Shown here piece after piece: positions 47,801 through 60,200 of a stretch of 64,000 nucleotides of DNA. The notes under the pieces are model-generated. The model was not told where the DNA came from. It did no database searches and worked only from the letters and a program-made list of their open reading frames with translations. This DNA is from Chlorokybus atmophyticus. Lineage: Eukaryota; Plantae; Mesostigma and Chlorokybus algae. The position numbers and the translations under genes are program-made. The stretch is from the NCBI GenBank assembly GCA_009103225.1, contig RHPI01000977.1, forward strand, positions 2,881 to 66,880, read 5' to 3'. Position 1 is the stretch's first letter; the number at the start of each line of letters is the position of its first letter.

Positions 47801-48421
47801 CACCTCAACATCGCGTACTCCCTCAACAACCTGGCAACCGTGCTGCAAGAGCAAGGCAAGCTGGACGAGGCCGAGGCATTGGCTAAGCGGGCGCTGGCGA
47901 TCCGCGAAGCAAAATTGGGGCCGGACCACCCCGACATCGGGCAATCCCTCAACAACCTGGCAATGGTGATGCTAGATCAGCACAAGTACGACGAGGCCGA
48001 GGCGCTGTTCAGACGGGCGTTGGCGATATGGGAAACGATACTGGGGCCGGACCACCTCAACACCGTGACAGCTTTCGACAACCTGGCACTGGTGTTGCAA
48101 GAGCAAGGCAAGCTTGACAAGGCCGAGGCCCTGCACATACAGGCGCTGGCGATCCGCGAAGCAAAGTTGGGGCCAGACCACCCTGACACCGGGACATCCC
48201 TAAACAACCTAGCAATGGTGATGGCAAAGCAGTGCAAGTACGGCGAGGCCGAGGCCGAGGCCCTGTCCAGACGGGCGTTGGCAATTTGGGAGAGACGCTG
48301 GGTCCAACACTGTGACAGCTTTCAACAACCTGGCACTGGTGCTGCGGCGATGACGATGAAGACGATGCCGCCGCCGCTGAAGACCGATCCTATAATAGAC
48401 AAGGGTGATTGGCGCTCATAA
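44212..48421 (+). pseudogene. TIR-NB-ARC-TPR (TNP-like) gene with frameshifts
   Basis: Exons 44212-44554, 44641-45121 and 45230 onward. TIR YDVFLCHRGPDTK..SQWCMKEL; P-loop GMGGAGKT; Walker B LLVLDNVDD; HVILTAR; GCHALSL; ~15-16 TPRs with 126-bp period (LGPDHPDT). Frameshifts near 45687, 46710 (125-bp unit), 46960 (128-bp unit) and 48295. Confidence 0.9.
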
Positions 48422-49294
48422 ATAGTCATATGCTCTGAAACCTGTGCTATTTCATAGTAATTGGAAGTATGGTAAAACATGTGCTCCTTGCCATCTTGTC
48501 TGTCACCAAATAATGTATGCGAACTGGAGAGCGTTTTGAGAGACAAGATGGCGGCAAATTCTACTATTACTACATTGATGTAGTGGTTGTTATTGACAAC
48601 GTTGTATCAGAATGGCACAAGGATTCCAACATGCCCCGGTTGGATGTTTCATAAGCCTCATCAGATCAGGTGCTACCACAAGGTTGTTGAACATCTCGGT
48701 TTGCTTAGACACTCTGAGTAGCACTACATAGCCACAAATTACCACCCGACGAGAATCTGCCTGCACGGCCCTGGCCTGCTGGTATAAAGCCCCACTCACC
48801 TGTAAGAGCAGGCAGAACAACAAACCCCCAAACCACATTGCGCAAATGCACCTTTGCATGGCGGTAACTGGCAGCCACAAGTGCTGGGTCGTGCAGTACT
48901 GCGAGCTCACATGCTGCAGTATTCGCAGCTACGGAACCGGGTTTCACAATATGTACTACAACTGCTGCAAAGGCATCCGTGCACAGTGTGCACCGACCGA
49001 TATCCAATGTGCGGTGTGCACTGCACACCGCACATTGGCAGCTTGTGCAATGCCGCTCATGCAAAAGAGGCCTCTTTCCCTGAAGCCTTCGTGACAGAGA
49101 TCTGACTGGACGTGTAGGGCGCTTGCCGAAGACTTTGGGCCCTTGACGTACAATGACTTACAATACTTCAATTACTTGACAACCTACAACGGGTGGACTG
49201 GGAGGGGGATGTCCCAACCTTTCTGCAATGATTCATTGAAGGCATATACAATTGATTGAGTACCGTGTATCTCATTGTCTAAAAAGGTTATAAG

Positions 49295-50080
49295 TTACGC
49301 TGGCATACTGTACATGCCAAATCCGTTGGCACCCATGATCGTGTGCGTGCAACCGCATCCCGGGCTACAACCAGTTGCCGCACAGCTATCCTTAGGTAAG
49401 GTTATCCAACATGAATGAAGCTTCAATGGCTGACTACAGTTGCTGCTGAGGCTATGCGCACTAGCCACTCGCTCTCCTGCAGGCTGGGTACCATACTCGT
49501 TCCAAGCTTTATCAAGTGAGCTCTGCACCTGTTTGTCACCTTTACAAATGCACACTGGGCAATACAGCTCTTGCAGGAGGTATTACCTTCTTGAACGTGG
49601 ACACTCGCCTGCTGCGCTGTTGCGCAGGTAATGCTTGAGGTCCTTATGCGTTTCGCAGAAGCGCGAGTATCAATAGCAATGCCGAAGGGTTCAACAGCTA
49701 CGCGGTAGTTGTTGCCACGCTGTAGCCATGTGCTTCTCCTTGAAGATAGAACCCAATAGGAAATGATCCGCTGTTATAAACATCTGCCACCCAGTCCCAA
49801 AACCCTGCTAGCAAGCGTCGGGCAACTTCAACTTGCTGGAACTCGTCATTTGCAGGTTGTTATTCCGGAACTCTTTCTGCCAATCTTGAGTCCAAACACA
49901 ATGAGCATCAGGGTCATTGCAGGTGCACTGAGCCTGACTCATTTCACTCGTGCATCGCGCGTATAAATGCCACACCAAATGCAGCTCGCAATCAGGGCGG
50001 CCAAACAATATAGTGACCAGCGAAAGAACAAATCTGAGCGCACCTGATACAGCAGCGAAAATGCTGATGGAGTCCGCCAT
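49295..50080 (-). pseudogene. Small N-terminal TM protein, frameshifted (copy 2)
   Basis: MADSISIFAAVSGALRFVLSLVTILFGR..., then in a shifted frame FQQVEVARRLLAGFWDWVADVYNSG. Confidence 0.5.
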
Positions 50081-52187
50081 GCTGGTTGCTGCAGATTGTG
50101 TATTTCTAGTTGCACCTCTGCCCAGAGCTGCTCTGTCATCATTGCAATGGTTGGGAGGCTTACTGGCATGCTGCATCATGGTAGCGAGTAAAGTTTTTGT
50201 ACAATGCTGCGGTGTCAGACATGCAGAATTGAGTAACATCAGCTGCACAGCATCGATCGTAGTAGAGCTTGGTACATGGCAGTTGGTAACAGGACAACAG
50301 CAGGTCACCCACTCAACATACAAGTAGATGCATGTGTTGAGAAACGCTGCACCCTTCAACATGTATACACACCCACTAGCTTGAAACTCTCAGCGCTACA
50401 CGCTACCAGTCAACATCCGCACAGACAGCTATACGCGCAATTTCTCCAACCACACACGCACAGACGTGTGTACATCCTCACTTTACTGGCTAACATTCAC
50501 ACACACACTTGCACGCAGTCACGCATTCTCTGTAGCACACACCCCGCAAGCAAAATCGATCCAACAACCTCTTGCAACTCGACATGCATGTCCGCTCACA
50601 ATGCCCCTCTTAAACAGGCAATGGTCCTGAGGATAAGTCCTAAGAGTGCAGGACAGCTGATTGCGTGCAAGTGTGGGAACAAGAGCAAGCCAGTAGCAGG
50701 AGAAGGCGGCGACGTGTGGGGCCAGCCTGTGCTGCAGCTGTAGCCCGGGGTGGAGGCCGCCAGGCGGCGAGAATGACGCCTACTTCATCGACGGCAAAGG
50801 CGACAAGGCTGCCGCCGCGCCCGCCCACAAGGACAAGCTGATTATGGTGAGCGCCATAGCATCCTTATCATCACCGGCCGGCAGGGAGGCTGGGGGCGGT
50901 GGCGGCGGCGGCAGGAGGCAAAGGAGGAAGTAGGTTTATGGCTGTAATGTGTGTAGCAACAACTACTGCTACTTCTTGAGTAGCAGACATCAACCTGCCG
51001 TCCTCCCATCTCTCTTTCTCTGTTCCCCTTTTCGCTTTTCTTTTCCCCCTTCCCACTCTTTCTTGCTTTCTCGTGCGCACCCTGGTCTGTCGCTGCCTCT
51101 CTTGTATACATCTACGCACACACTCTTGGTAAACCACAGCCCTTGTACACGCACACTCATGCGCGCTCTCACACACACAAGCGCACCTGCCTGCATGCGC
51201 ACGGCATGGCAGACAGTAAATTCAAGGCGACTCTCAATGAAACAAATGCAACCCCATACTTCCTCTAGGCGCCCACTGCTTGCGATAAATCCAATCGTCA
51301 CTGGATACCTTGCTCCCTGTACCCACTACCTCCAAAAACTCGCGCCGTTTGTACTCTATGGGAGTCTCTTCTACTCTGCGCAACCAGTACACACTGTGCG
51401 TGTATGTGTGCGTGTTATCTACATAATCTGTAAACTTTCGTGTACATGGCATGGGTGGCAGGGTACACGTAAATTACGTCACGTGTGCAAGTTGTAGGAG
51501 CGGGGTTGTAGCTGCACTGTGCCAGTGGTAATGTGGGCCTCCCCGCGTGGGACCATTGCTACTGTTGGTGCTGAGCTTGGTGTGGATAGCGGCCACGGGA
51601 CGGTTGTCACACAGACTTGTGGAGCTCCTTCCCCTGGGGCTCAGGGATGATGCGAACGGGGTTGTACCACTGTCTTGACAATGGTGTTGAACGTCGTGTT
51701 GAAGGTATGGAGAAGTGCGAGTCAGTGTTTCACACACGCTTACAAGCACACGTGCGGCACTGTTGTGAGAGTCTGCACTTGCTTGCACAGAGAGGGAGTC
51801 ATCCAAGGTGATGGTGATCTCCGAGATTGCATGCGTGCACAAGCAAGCACACGCATACATGCGCATGCGCACGCACAGCAGAGCGCGAGAGGGACGGTGC
51901 ACAGCCTCTTATGTGACAGACAGCCTCTCTCACTAAACAGCTACTGCTTACATTTGCGCAAGGGTCGTCTTGTACACGGAATGGTGTGAGAGATGAGGTA
52001 TAGCGGCGGAGTAGTACTCGGTAATACTCAGGGGATTCCCCTTCAGTCGCTGTGTGAAACCATTGATAAGACGCCAAGATTGGTGGTGATGTTTTGCCCC
52101 TTGTTACACACTGTCTGACAGCACCGTTGTCTCACAGGCCTCCTCTGCCTGACCTACAGGTAGAAAGGGTGAGCACCCTGTTGTTGC

Positions 52188-52466
52188 TTGGCATGCTTGA
52201 AACGACACACGGCCTGCAGGCTGGTGGCGCTGCCAGAGTTCTTCGGCAAGCTCGCTGTTCTGCAAGAGCTGGACCTTCAGCCAGTGCGACAGTTTGGCGG
52301 TGCTGCCAGGATCCTTGATCAATCTTCCTGCTATGCAAAAGCTGGACCTGAGCCGGTGCGGCAGCTTGGCGGCGCTGGCGGAGTCCTTTGGCGAGCTTAC
52401 AGCTCTAGAGACGCAGGCTCGAACAGGGTGCTCCAGCTTGGCGGCTCTGTTGAACCCTCTCCGTAA
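52188..52466 (+). pseudogene. Plant NLR-type leucine-rich-repeat remnant (~3 repeats)
   Basis: CRLVALPEFFGKLAVLQELDL / CDSLAVLPGSLINLPAMQKLDLSRCGSLAALAESFGELTALE, with a frameshift near 52278. Confidence 0.7.
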
Positions 52467-55400
52467 GTTGGCTCCTGATGTTGTTGCTGTTCTGCTGCAG
52501 CAGGAGGAGGAAGAGGAGTAGGAGGAGGACACAACAAGTGTGCTTGAACCTCAGATTCGCCAGTGGACTTGCAGCATTAGCAGGAGCAGAACGGAAGCAA
52601 GTACAGCGACTTGGCGTCGGTGCCAGTATTCGCGCCAATGCCGTTGTCTCACTGTTACGTGCACCAAATGTGTACGCGGGTGAGGCATATTGGCGCTGCC
52701 GGTATGGTTCCCTCTAACATTATCAGGGTAAGAGCCCGACACACATGCGCGATCTGCACAGCTGCTTTAACTGGCATACACAGACGCACAAGTTCACGCA
52801 TATGCAGATACATCAACACATCTTACAGACTGACTGACATATGTGCTGTACCTGGCACAGCAACCAACTTGCACAAACATGCGTTAACCACGGCAACAAT
52901 GCAAGCGCGTGCTTACGCACATACGCTCTGCTACAAAGACTGACACGAGAAGCAGAGCTGGGGCTCAACGACTCCAATAACATGATGGCCCTCAACCACT
53001 GGCATCGTGCGTATGCAGTGCAAGTACGGTGAGGCATAGGCCCTCCGGGACAGACATGAGTAGTAGGCGCTTGCATAATCAGTCATAGGCTTTGACGATT
53101 GTTCTGTGTCATAGCGCCTGTAAGTACAGCAGATTCTGTGCCGATTGCCATTTTTGCTGTGACTGTTACAACGATATGGGAAACCTATGAAGAGCGTTAT
53201 GTCAGGTCGGCGGCCATTGCAACAATGCAATGTCATATCAAAATATGCTTGAAACTGGTGTAGCATGCATGAGACTGCACAAGGCCTCTGACATGCTCGG
53301 GTTGGCTGTGTCGAGAGCACTACAGCATGATGGGCAAAGAGTGCAACTTGCTGCGACACTCCGAGCGCGACCACCTAGCCGCGCATTATCAAGGATGGGA
53401 TCGGCCTGTACAGGTCTGGTGAACAGATCCCTGCGAAACCCGTGAAATCAGGCAAGGACATCCCCTCGCCGCCCGCTCCACCTTGCTTGCGAACAAGGAG
53501 TATAGGCGAGTGTACTTCTGCTGTGATCAAGTGGACTACAGTTCGACTACAGTTCTGGTTCCAGCAGCACCTCCTCGCCATCAAGGCCCCAGCCTGGCAT
53601 GAGCAGGGAAGCAACCGTTGCTTTCGGGCTCCCTCCCGCCCACAGATATTGTGGCACAACACTTGTGGGCGGGAGGGTGACGGAAACCGGTTGAAGGGCG
53701 ACCCGTATTGCAGTTGTGAGTAACTCCATGTGGCTAGTGTGAGAAACAGGCTGCATACAGTGTCCGGAGGGATCTGCTGCTGCTCCACTAAGGGAAAAGC
53801 CGGAGCAGCTCGCAGCTTAAAGACAAAGTCAGTGCATCCCTGCAACTTACTGGTCGACAACGACATGGTGGAGCTGATTGACGAAGTCCTTGGCACGAAC
53901 AATCGCGTGCATTGCAGGCTCGACTCAGGCAGGTCAAGGTCGTCTTCAGTTTCTGCCCTGGCACAAGACCGACTATCTGTCGCAAAGGACAGGGCAGCCA
54001 ACCTTACTAAGCAAGGAGATCAAACAGCAGGTGGGCATGTGTTACAAGTGGTAGTCACCTGCCCATATGCTTCTTGCTATTGGAGGACACCTTGTGCTAT
54101 CTGCTGACAATACCCCGGTGCGCCAGTGCGTAGCACAAGTTTTGGGAATGCAACTGGTTTGCGCGAGGCAGCGCCGAGGCAACCTTAGCGGGAGCTTGGA
54201 AATGGCACTCAACCGGAGCTGCAATGCAGGTGCATGTCCTACTGCCGTAATGCGGCATCTTGAAGGTCGCGAACCACCTTTTCTCGACGCAGCACCTCAC
54301 CTTTCTTGCGCTTGGTCTTTGGCAGCTGGGTGTGGCAAAGCTTCAGAAATCTCCTTGCTACTCAACGTATGCATACCTGTTGCATTGCAATACACATACC
54401 TTAACACCGACACCATATCCACCCCTCTCAATAGCAGCGCGGCGTCTAGCAATCCAGTGCCTTTCTCTCTTCCGCTTGTTCTGCAGTGTACTCACATCAC
54501 TTACTGCATTCAATGCAACCATCTTGACCTAATGCAAAAGTGACGCACTTGCTTTGCCTGGTCGCTGCCTGCAGCCTGTGCACTCGTAGACACAAGCACC
54601 TCCTGCCCCTGCGCACAATGCATACCACCGTCACTGCTATCTTCCTCGCGCGTGCATGCATGCGCGCGTGCGTGTAGCATACCGTCGCTTGCATTGCGTT
54701 CCTGTGCTTGTCGACTTGACACGTAACCAATAGCGGCCTTGAACATGCCTCGTTTTTCTGACGGCAAACTCACGGTCAGCTGAGTGTCAAGCAAGATTGG
54801 TTGTGCCACGGCATAACAAACTCTAATCGTGTTGAAACAGTTACGTAACATAATTAGGAGAATGCGCTACACCCCAACACATGTTATGTGCGTGGTAGTA
54901 CAGATACAGCTAAGTGGGAGGACCACAACAACCATCACCTTCAAGTTGCATTCTTCGATTCTCCCACATACAAAGTTACGCTTCTCCCATGTGTCGACTA
55001 TCAGACAATTGAAATCGGTACCTGTTGCACGTTATGTTATGTACAACATGGGACGGATAGCGTACGACAACAGTAGCTATCAACACTTACCTTCACCATG
55101 AATGGGTTTGAGATTCCAGCAATCGCCATGAACCCAATGACGGCATTTGATGCACTGGACAAGGTTTGCGAGGTTGCCTTTACTTTCGCCGCTTGTACCG
55201 CTGCTGTCACAGTCGTCGTTGCCGCCGGGGTTACGTCGTCCTCATTGGATTGGCTGACTGCTTGTGCCATAGCGGCAACCAGCTCGCTAATGGTAGTGGA
55301 ATTGGACGCCTCAGCTCTTGTGGTAAATCTTGTTGCTCGGGTGCCTTTGGCAGATGACTTACGAATGGTTGACGCCTGCTAAGGTGCCAATGTAAGTGGT

Positions 55401-55880
55401 TGTATGTGCTTGCATGCACATGTGCACACCTTGTCATTATGAGTGAGTTTTGGCGTGCGCACGCTTGCGTGCACAGTTTAACGCTTGTGTGTGCATGCAA
55501 GCATGCCACATACAGTGTGTGTGCACTCCTGACTCACGGATCCGACCGCGTGTGCACGTGCGTGCGGTAACAGAAGTGGTTGCGTGGGCATACGAATGCG
55601 TACCAATGGACGAGCCGCCTTGGCCTTCCCTTTAGCGCTCTTGCTGACGGCCTTGACCATCTGCAGGGTTTGATGAGGTGTCAGTGCCTGCGTGCAATGC
55701 TGCTAATCACAGAAGTGCACGCGCAGCACGTGCTCAACTATGTTGGCGTGCGTTAATGTGTGCATGCTTGTACGTGTGTATGCGTGCTTACATGTGCGTA
55801 CCACACTACGCTTAGCTGCATTCGCCTGAGTGCTTGCACCAGCTGTTGCTTATTAACTTGCCCCCTAAGTAGGTGGAGTA

Positions 55881-56259
55881 CTTAGGTGGACAAGCACATG
55901 TGTTTAAATGAGTGCACGCACGCGCGCATGTGCGTGCGCACACGCCCGTGCAACAACTTCAAGTGGTTGCGCGTGCATGTGTGTTGATGAGTGCGTACCA
56001 CTGTGCGCGCAGCTTTCTTGGCCTTGTTTTTGGCTCTTGTCGAGCTCGTCCCATCGGTTTCTGTCTTCTGCTTAGGTGGACAAGCATGTGTATTTATACG
56101 AGTGCACGCACGCGCGCATGTGCGTGCGCACACGCGCGTGCGACAAATCAAGTGGTTGCGAATGCATGTGTTGATAAGTGCGTACCACTGTGCGCGCATC
56201 GTTCTTGGCCCTACTTTTTGCGCCTTTCGAGCTCGTACCGACCGTTTCTGTCCTCTGCA
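55881..56259 (+). repeat. 190-bp tandem duplication
   Basis: cttaggtggacaagca at 55881 and 56071, with colinear downstream sequence. Confidence 0.9.
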
Positions 56260-56561
56260 TGCGTTTACGAAGTTTAAAGGCCTTCGTGCGTCCGCTTGCA
56301 AGTGTAAGGGCATGTGTACTGCATTGTTTACCTCAGGTGGCGGTAGGCGATCAAGTCCATGCACACCAGAAACACGGTCTGGGCTCAGCTGTCGTGCATA
56401 CTCCTCGGCCAACTCTCTTTTGCAATAGCAGGATATGTTGCGCTCGTCCCTCTTTTCAACGATGCTTGTCTGATCCGTCCCCCACACAAGCGCATTAGCC
56501 GCTGCTAGGTGCACAAAAGTGGCTTTGCTGTGCCACGAGAATGGACCTGCGCATCAACCGG

Positions 56562-56564
<3 letters not shown>

Positions 56565-56605
<41 letters not shown>
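56565..56605. repeat. (GA)n microsatellite
   Basis: About 20 GA units. Confidence 0.95.
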
Positions 56606-56608
<3 letters not shown>

Positions 56609-56623
56609 GGTCCAGTATGTAGA

Positions 56624-58140
56624 TTACCATGTGCGTATTGCATAGTAGCACTTACCAATGCGAAGTGTGCCTCTATCATAAGCAGGGTCACGCCATGCCT
56701 CCTGATCCTTTTTCATATAATACATAAACCCGTCGCCTCCTGCAAAGCACCAAGCCTCGGTTCTTGATAATGTACCCGATTTGAGCCGCGTCTCTTGCGT
56801 TTCGATGGTAGCCACGGCGCGACAAACATCTTTGTGCACTCTCATGCCAGTGTTCTTAGTGTCAACCTGTGCGAGTGTACATCAAAGAGACATTCAAAGT
56901 GCACTCGACAAACCGTGGGTTATGGGATGTCAAGCGCACCGTTTTTCCATATGTGATGTTCGTGAAGTCGTCGTTCTCTTCAGTTTGATGGCAGAATAAG
57001 AAATCCCGATTGAACCTGCCATACCCGCATCATATTAACAGTATGTTCAATGTGAACAGGATAATGTAATAAGAAATCCACTATCGTAAGCTTACTTTTG
57101 TTCGTCAGGGAAACTGTGCGTTGCGGTCGTGAATTTGCTGAACTTTTCTGAATCATAAAGCCACTGAGTGATAATTTCAATGAGGGCGTCCACATCAAAG
57201 CGTCTCTCATTGCGGTAGAAGGTGCCCAACATGATGTCATCAGCTGTAGCCCAGCATGCTAAGGGCCTGCATCAGGAACAAGCAATGTGAATATGCACGA
57301 TACATACGGTAATATTCGCAAGTGTGTGCAAGCATGCAATTGATGTGAAACTTGTAGAAACGGGGAGCATACCCAAACTCCTTATAGATAATGAATAACT
57401 GCTCGCTGACATTCTTACGCCCATTGCCGGCGAACAGGTCTTTGTCGTACAACAAGCGCGGCAAACGAATCTTTCGTTCTTTTGCATTGAACTCCGAAAG
57501 TTTCTGCCTCAGATTCTCTCTCCATGCCTCATTTGCTACCTGTTTCAGATAGTGGTTCAAAGGCACATTGCAGTCAACTGTCAACATACAATTGCTACGG
57601 GTGTCAGTTGTCACACCACAATTCTTGTCACACCACTATTGATTACCTGCATGTCAGGTCCCCAGTTTGCCAGATGTGACAACACTTGTGGCAGAGCAAG
57701 CACTGTCAGCCTATCGACCTTACGCCTGCTCTCCATAGGAGTCTGACAGAGCGGCCAACTGATGAGGTGTGTCTGCCAGAAAGCGATGTTGACGTGTCCA
57801 GTGCAGTCAAGCAGGACGAGGTACTTGCACTTTGCATTTGTCAGCTCCAACACCAATGACATGCGAGAGCATGCATTGTGCTCTCCATAATATCCGCAAG
57901 GGTAGGTGTCAATATTGTCATATGTGTCGAGTGCAGCACCTGTGTCAACCGATCATTAGCGAGATGAACAACAATACAACGCAGACAGCATGTGCATTAC
58001 ACCCACCGGTAGCGGGATGCACTTGAAGAACGAGTGCCTGCGTATTGGAGACTAAAAACAACAAATACACACTTTTCGCTGATTTGTAACAAGCTAAGAC
58101 AGGTCGCGGTGTTCCGCCGCCGCCGCAACGGTCACACAAC
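56624..58140 (-). other. Possible decayed spliced gene of unknown function
   Basis: Protein-like open segments (NEAWRENLRQKLSEFNAKERKIRLPRLLYDKDLF; DDIMLGTFYRNERRFDVDALIEII) flanked by GT/AG signals; phases could not be reconciled. Confidence 0.3.
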
Positions 58141-58899
58141 CAGCAGACAGGCGGTAGAATACTGTGCTCGAGAGGATGAAGTGAGGTTGTGCACCCGGGC
58201 GTCCATGCATGAGCAGACTGTCAAGGATTACTCCAATCCACAAGTTGCTTGGCTTGGCTTGGCTGAGCGGCGTTGGGCGGCGATGGCGGCGGAGGAGCGT
58301 ATGTATGTTTGCGGGCGGCCCCCTCCTCTTCCCTCCTATCTTACGCTGCGGCGTTGGCTGCTGTTGGTTCACTGCAAGCCGCAGGTGATGCTGCTGTGGG
58401 TGGATGTGTGGGTGTGGTTTTCTTTCCTGCATGGCACGCAACCCTCACATGTGCGTTGCCGGTAACGTTAGCTAACATGCAGTTGCACAGCGTGCATTTC
58501 CAATCGGATGCGAAACGCGATTCATACCTTGCCAATACCTGCGCGGGTCAAGTCAGATCGCATGCTGCACACAGGTTATCCTGTGAATGCACCACATGTG
58601 GTGCGCCTTGAATGAATACTATCACTGCGACAGTGTCACATACTTTGCGGCGAAGCGTCATGTGTGTGACCCTCGCACAGGGCGTGTTGTACAATGACAC
58701 AGTGCGCGCGTGTGCGTGTGCATGCGTGAGTACACACGTGCGCACGCATGTTGTGCGACGCGTGAGTACACACATGTGTGCTCCACACCATGCTGAATCC
58801 CCGTCCCCCCAATACGTAAGCATGTGCATGCGTGTGCGCACGTGTGTACATGTGTGTACATGTGTGTCTCACACACTCAAAAGCGTTGTATTGTTGCAG

Positions 58900-60200
58900 T
58901 TTGCAACGGGTTCCACGACCATGGCGTTTATCTGGGCATGACGGACGGGGGCTGTTTTCCAAAGTCGTCGAGTCCACACTTGACACACACCACTTTGAAG
59001 GTAAGACAAGCACATGTGCACAACTCGCAAACATTACACCGGGTTGTTACCTGTCACGAGCTTGCGTGCGCGTGTGACAACCACAGACCTACCAGGTTCG
59101 AAAGGAATGTGTACGAGCGCGACCACGCCCTCATCATGCCCGAAAGCTGCGTCTTTCGCCCGCTGCACGGCTGGTACACTGACCCGGTCCCGGTGTGGCA
59201 CACCCGGTATGGCACACTCACATTTGTTCCTTTTGACGCTGGTTGTAACATCTCTACAAAGAACAACAACAACTACAACCACAGCGGCAATGCGGATGTG
59301 GCGGTGATGGCAACGCGCGCGACGGGCACGCACTTCATTATGGCACTCGCCAAGCTCAGAAGTGAGTGCGGATTTTGTTCACAGTCACTTAAGCTACAAG
59401 GAGGAGAGTGATCCACTGTACTGTGACAAGTGTGCATGCAGTGTAGAGTGTGTGTTGTCTCTCATCTGTACCAGCTGCTTGCCCGCAGGCAACGCCTCTC
59501 CCCCAGTACCATCCGAAGGCGTGGAAAGGTCACGCTCACGCACACGACGGCGCCATCAACTTGCACTCAACCAACTTGTCTCCACATGAGCTACAGGTGA
59601 GAAAGACAACGGTCACTTTATGTTTGACACCCATCATTGTTTGGGGTGTGTTACTGAGTGGTGTGAGCGACATGTGCCATTGACGCGCAACTCCCTCATA
59701 GGTTGATGGGTACGCTTACTTTCCATCAGGCCACAAGCCCTCCATTGAGTCCACGCACGGTGCCATCCTTTGGTTTGAGAGCAAGTGGGTGGATCAGACG
59801 TGTGTGCGTGCATGTGCATGTGCATGTCCGATTCCAAGTCAGTGCGCACACACACGTGAATGTGCGCGCATGTTCATCTGCATCATGTATGTATGTGCGT
59901 GTGCGCATATGCACACGTGCATGTTTGCCAATGGCCGCTCTTGCGTGCTGAGTGGAGAGATAATGTGCATGACGCCGATCTCCCTCTCTACTTATGATCT
60001 ACTTTGCCATACAGGTGAACCCGGTTGGTCTCCTCTACTTTCATCCGGGCGGCCAGCACAACCCAGGCCTCCGTTCTTACAACCACCGCCAAGTTCACAC
60101 CCACCTCGGCGGACTTTGGCGACGAGGCCTTTTATATGTGGGTTGGCACACAAGTGCATAAGCAACCTTACTGACAAGATGCTGCTTGACATTGCTTCAA
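58900..60200 (+). pseudogene. UGLYAH: (S)-ureidoglycine aminohydrolase (cupin) pseudogene or mis-assembled gene
   Basis: LFSKVVESTLDTHHFE|DLPG/FERNVYERDHALIMPESCVFRPLHG|..NADVAVMATRATGTHFIMALAKLR|SNASPPVPSEGVER..DGAINL..|VDGYAYFPSGHK..ILWFE follows the plant enzyme as recalled (DLPGFTRSVYKRDHALITPESH..ATGSHFVMYLAK..VDSYAYLPP). Frameshifts near 59097 and 59535. Confidence 0.75.

Noticed and set aside
57240-57614. Helitron Rep-like HIN motif (KFHINCM)
   Set aside because: Lacks the surrounding PYNP/KYxxK and HUH motifs.
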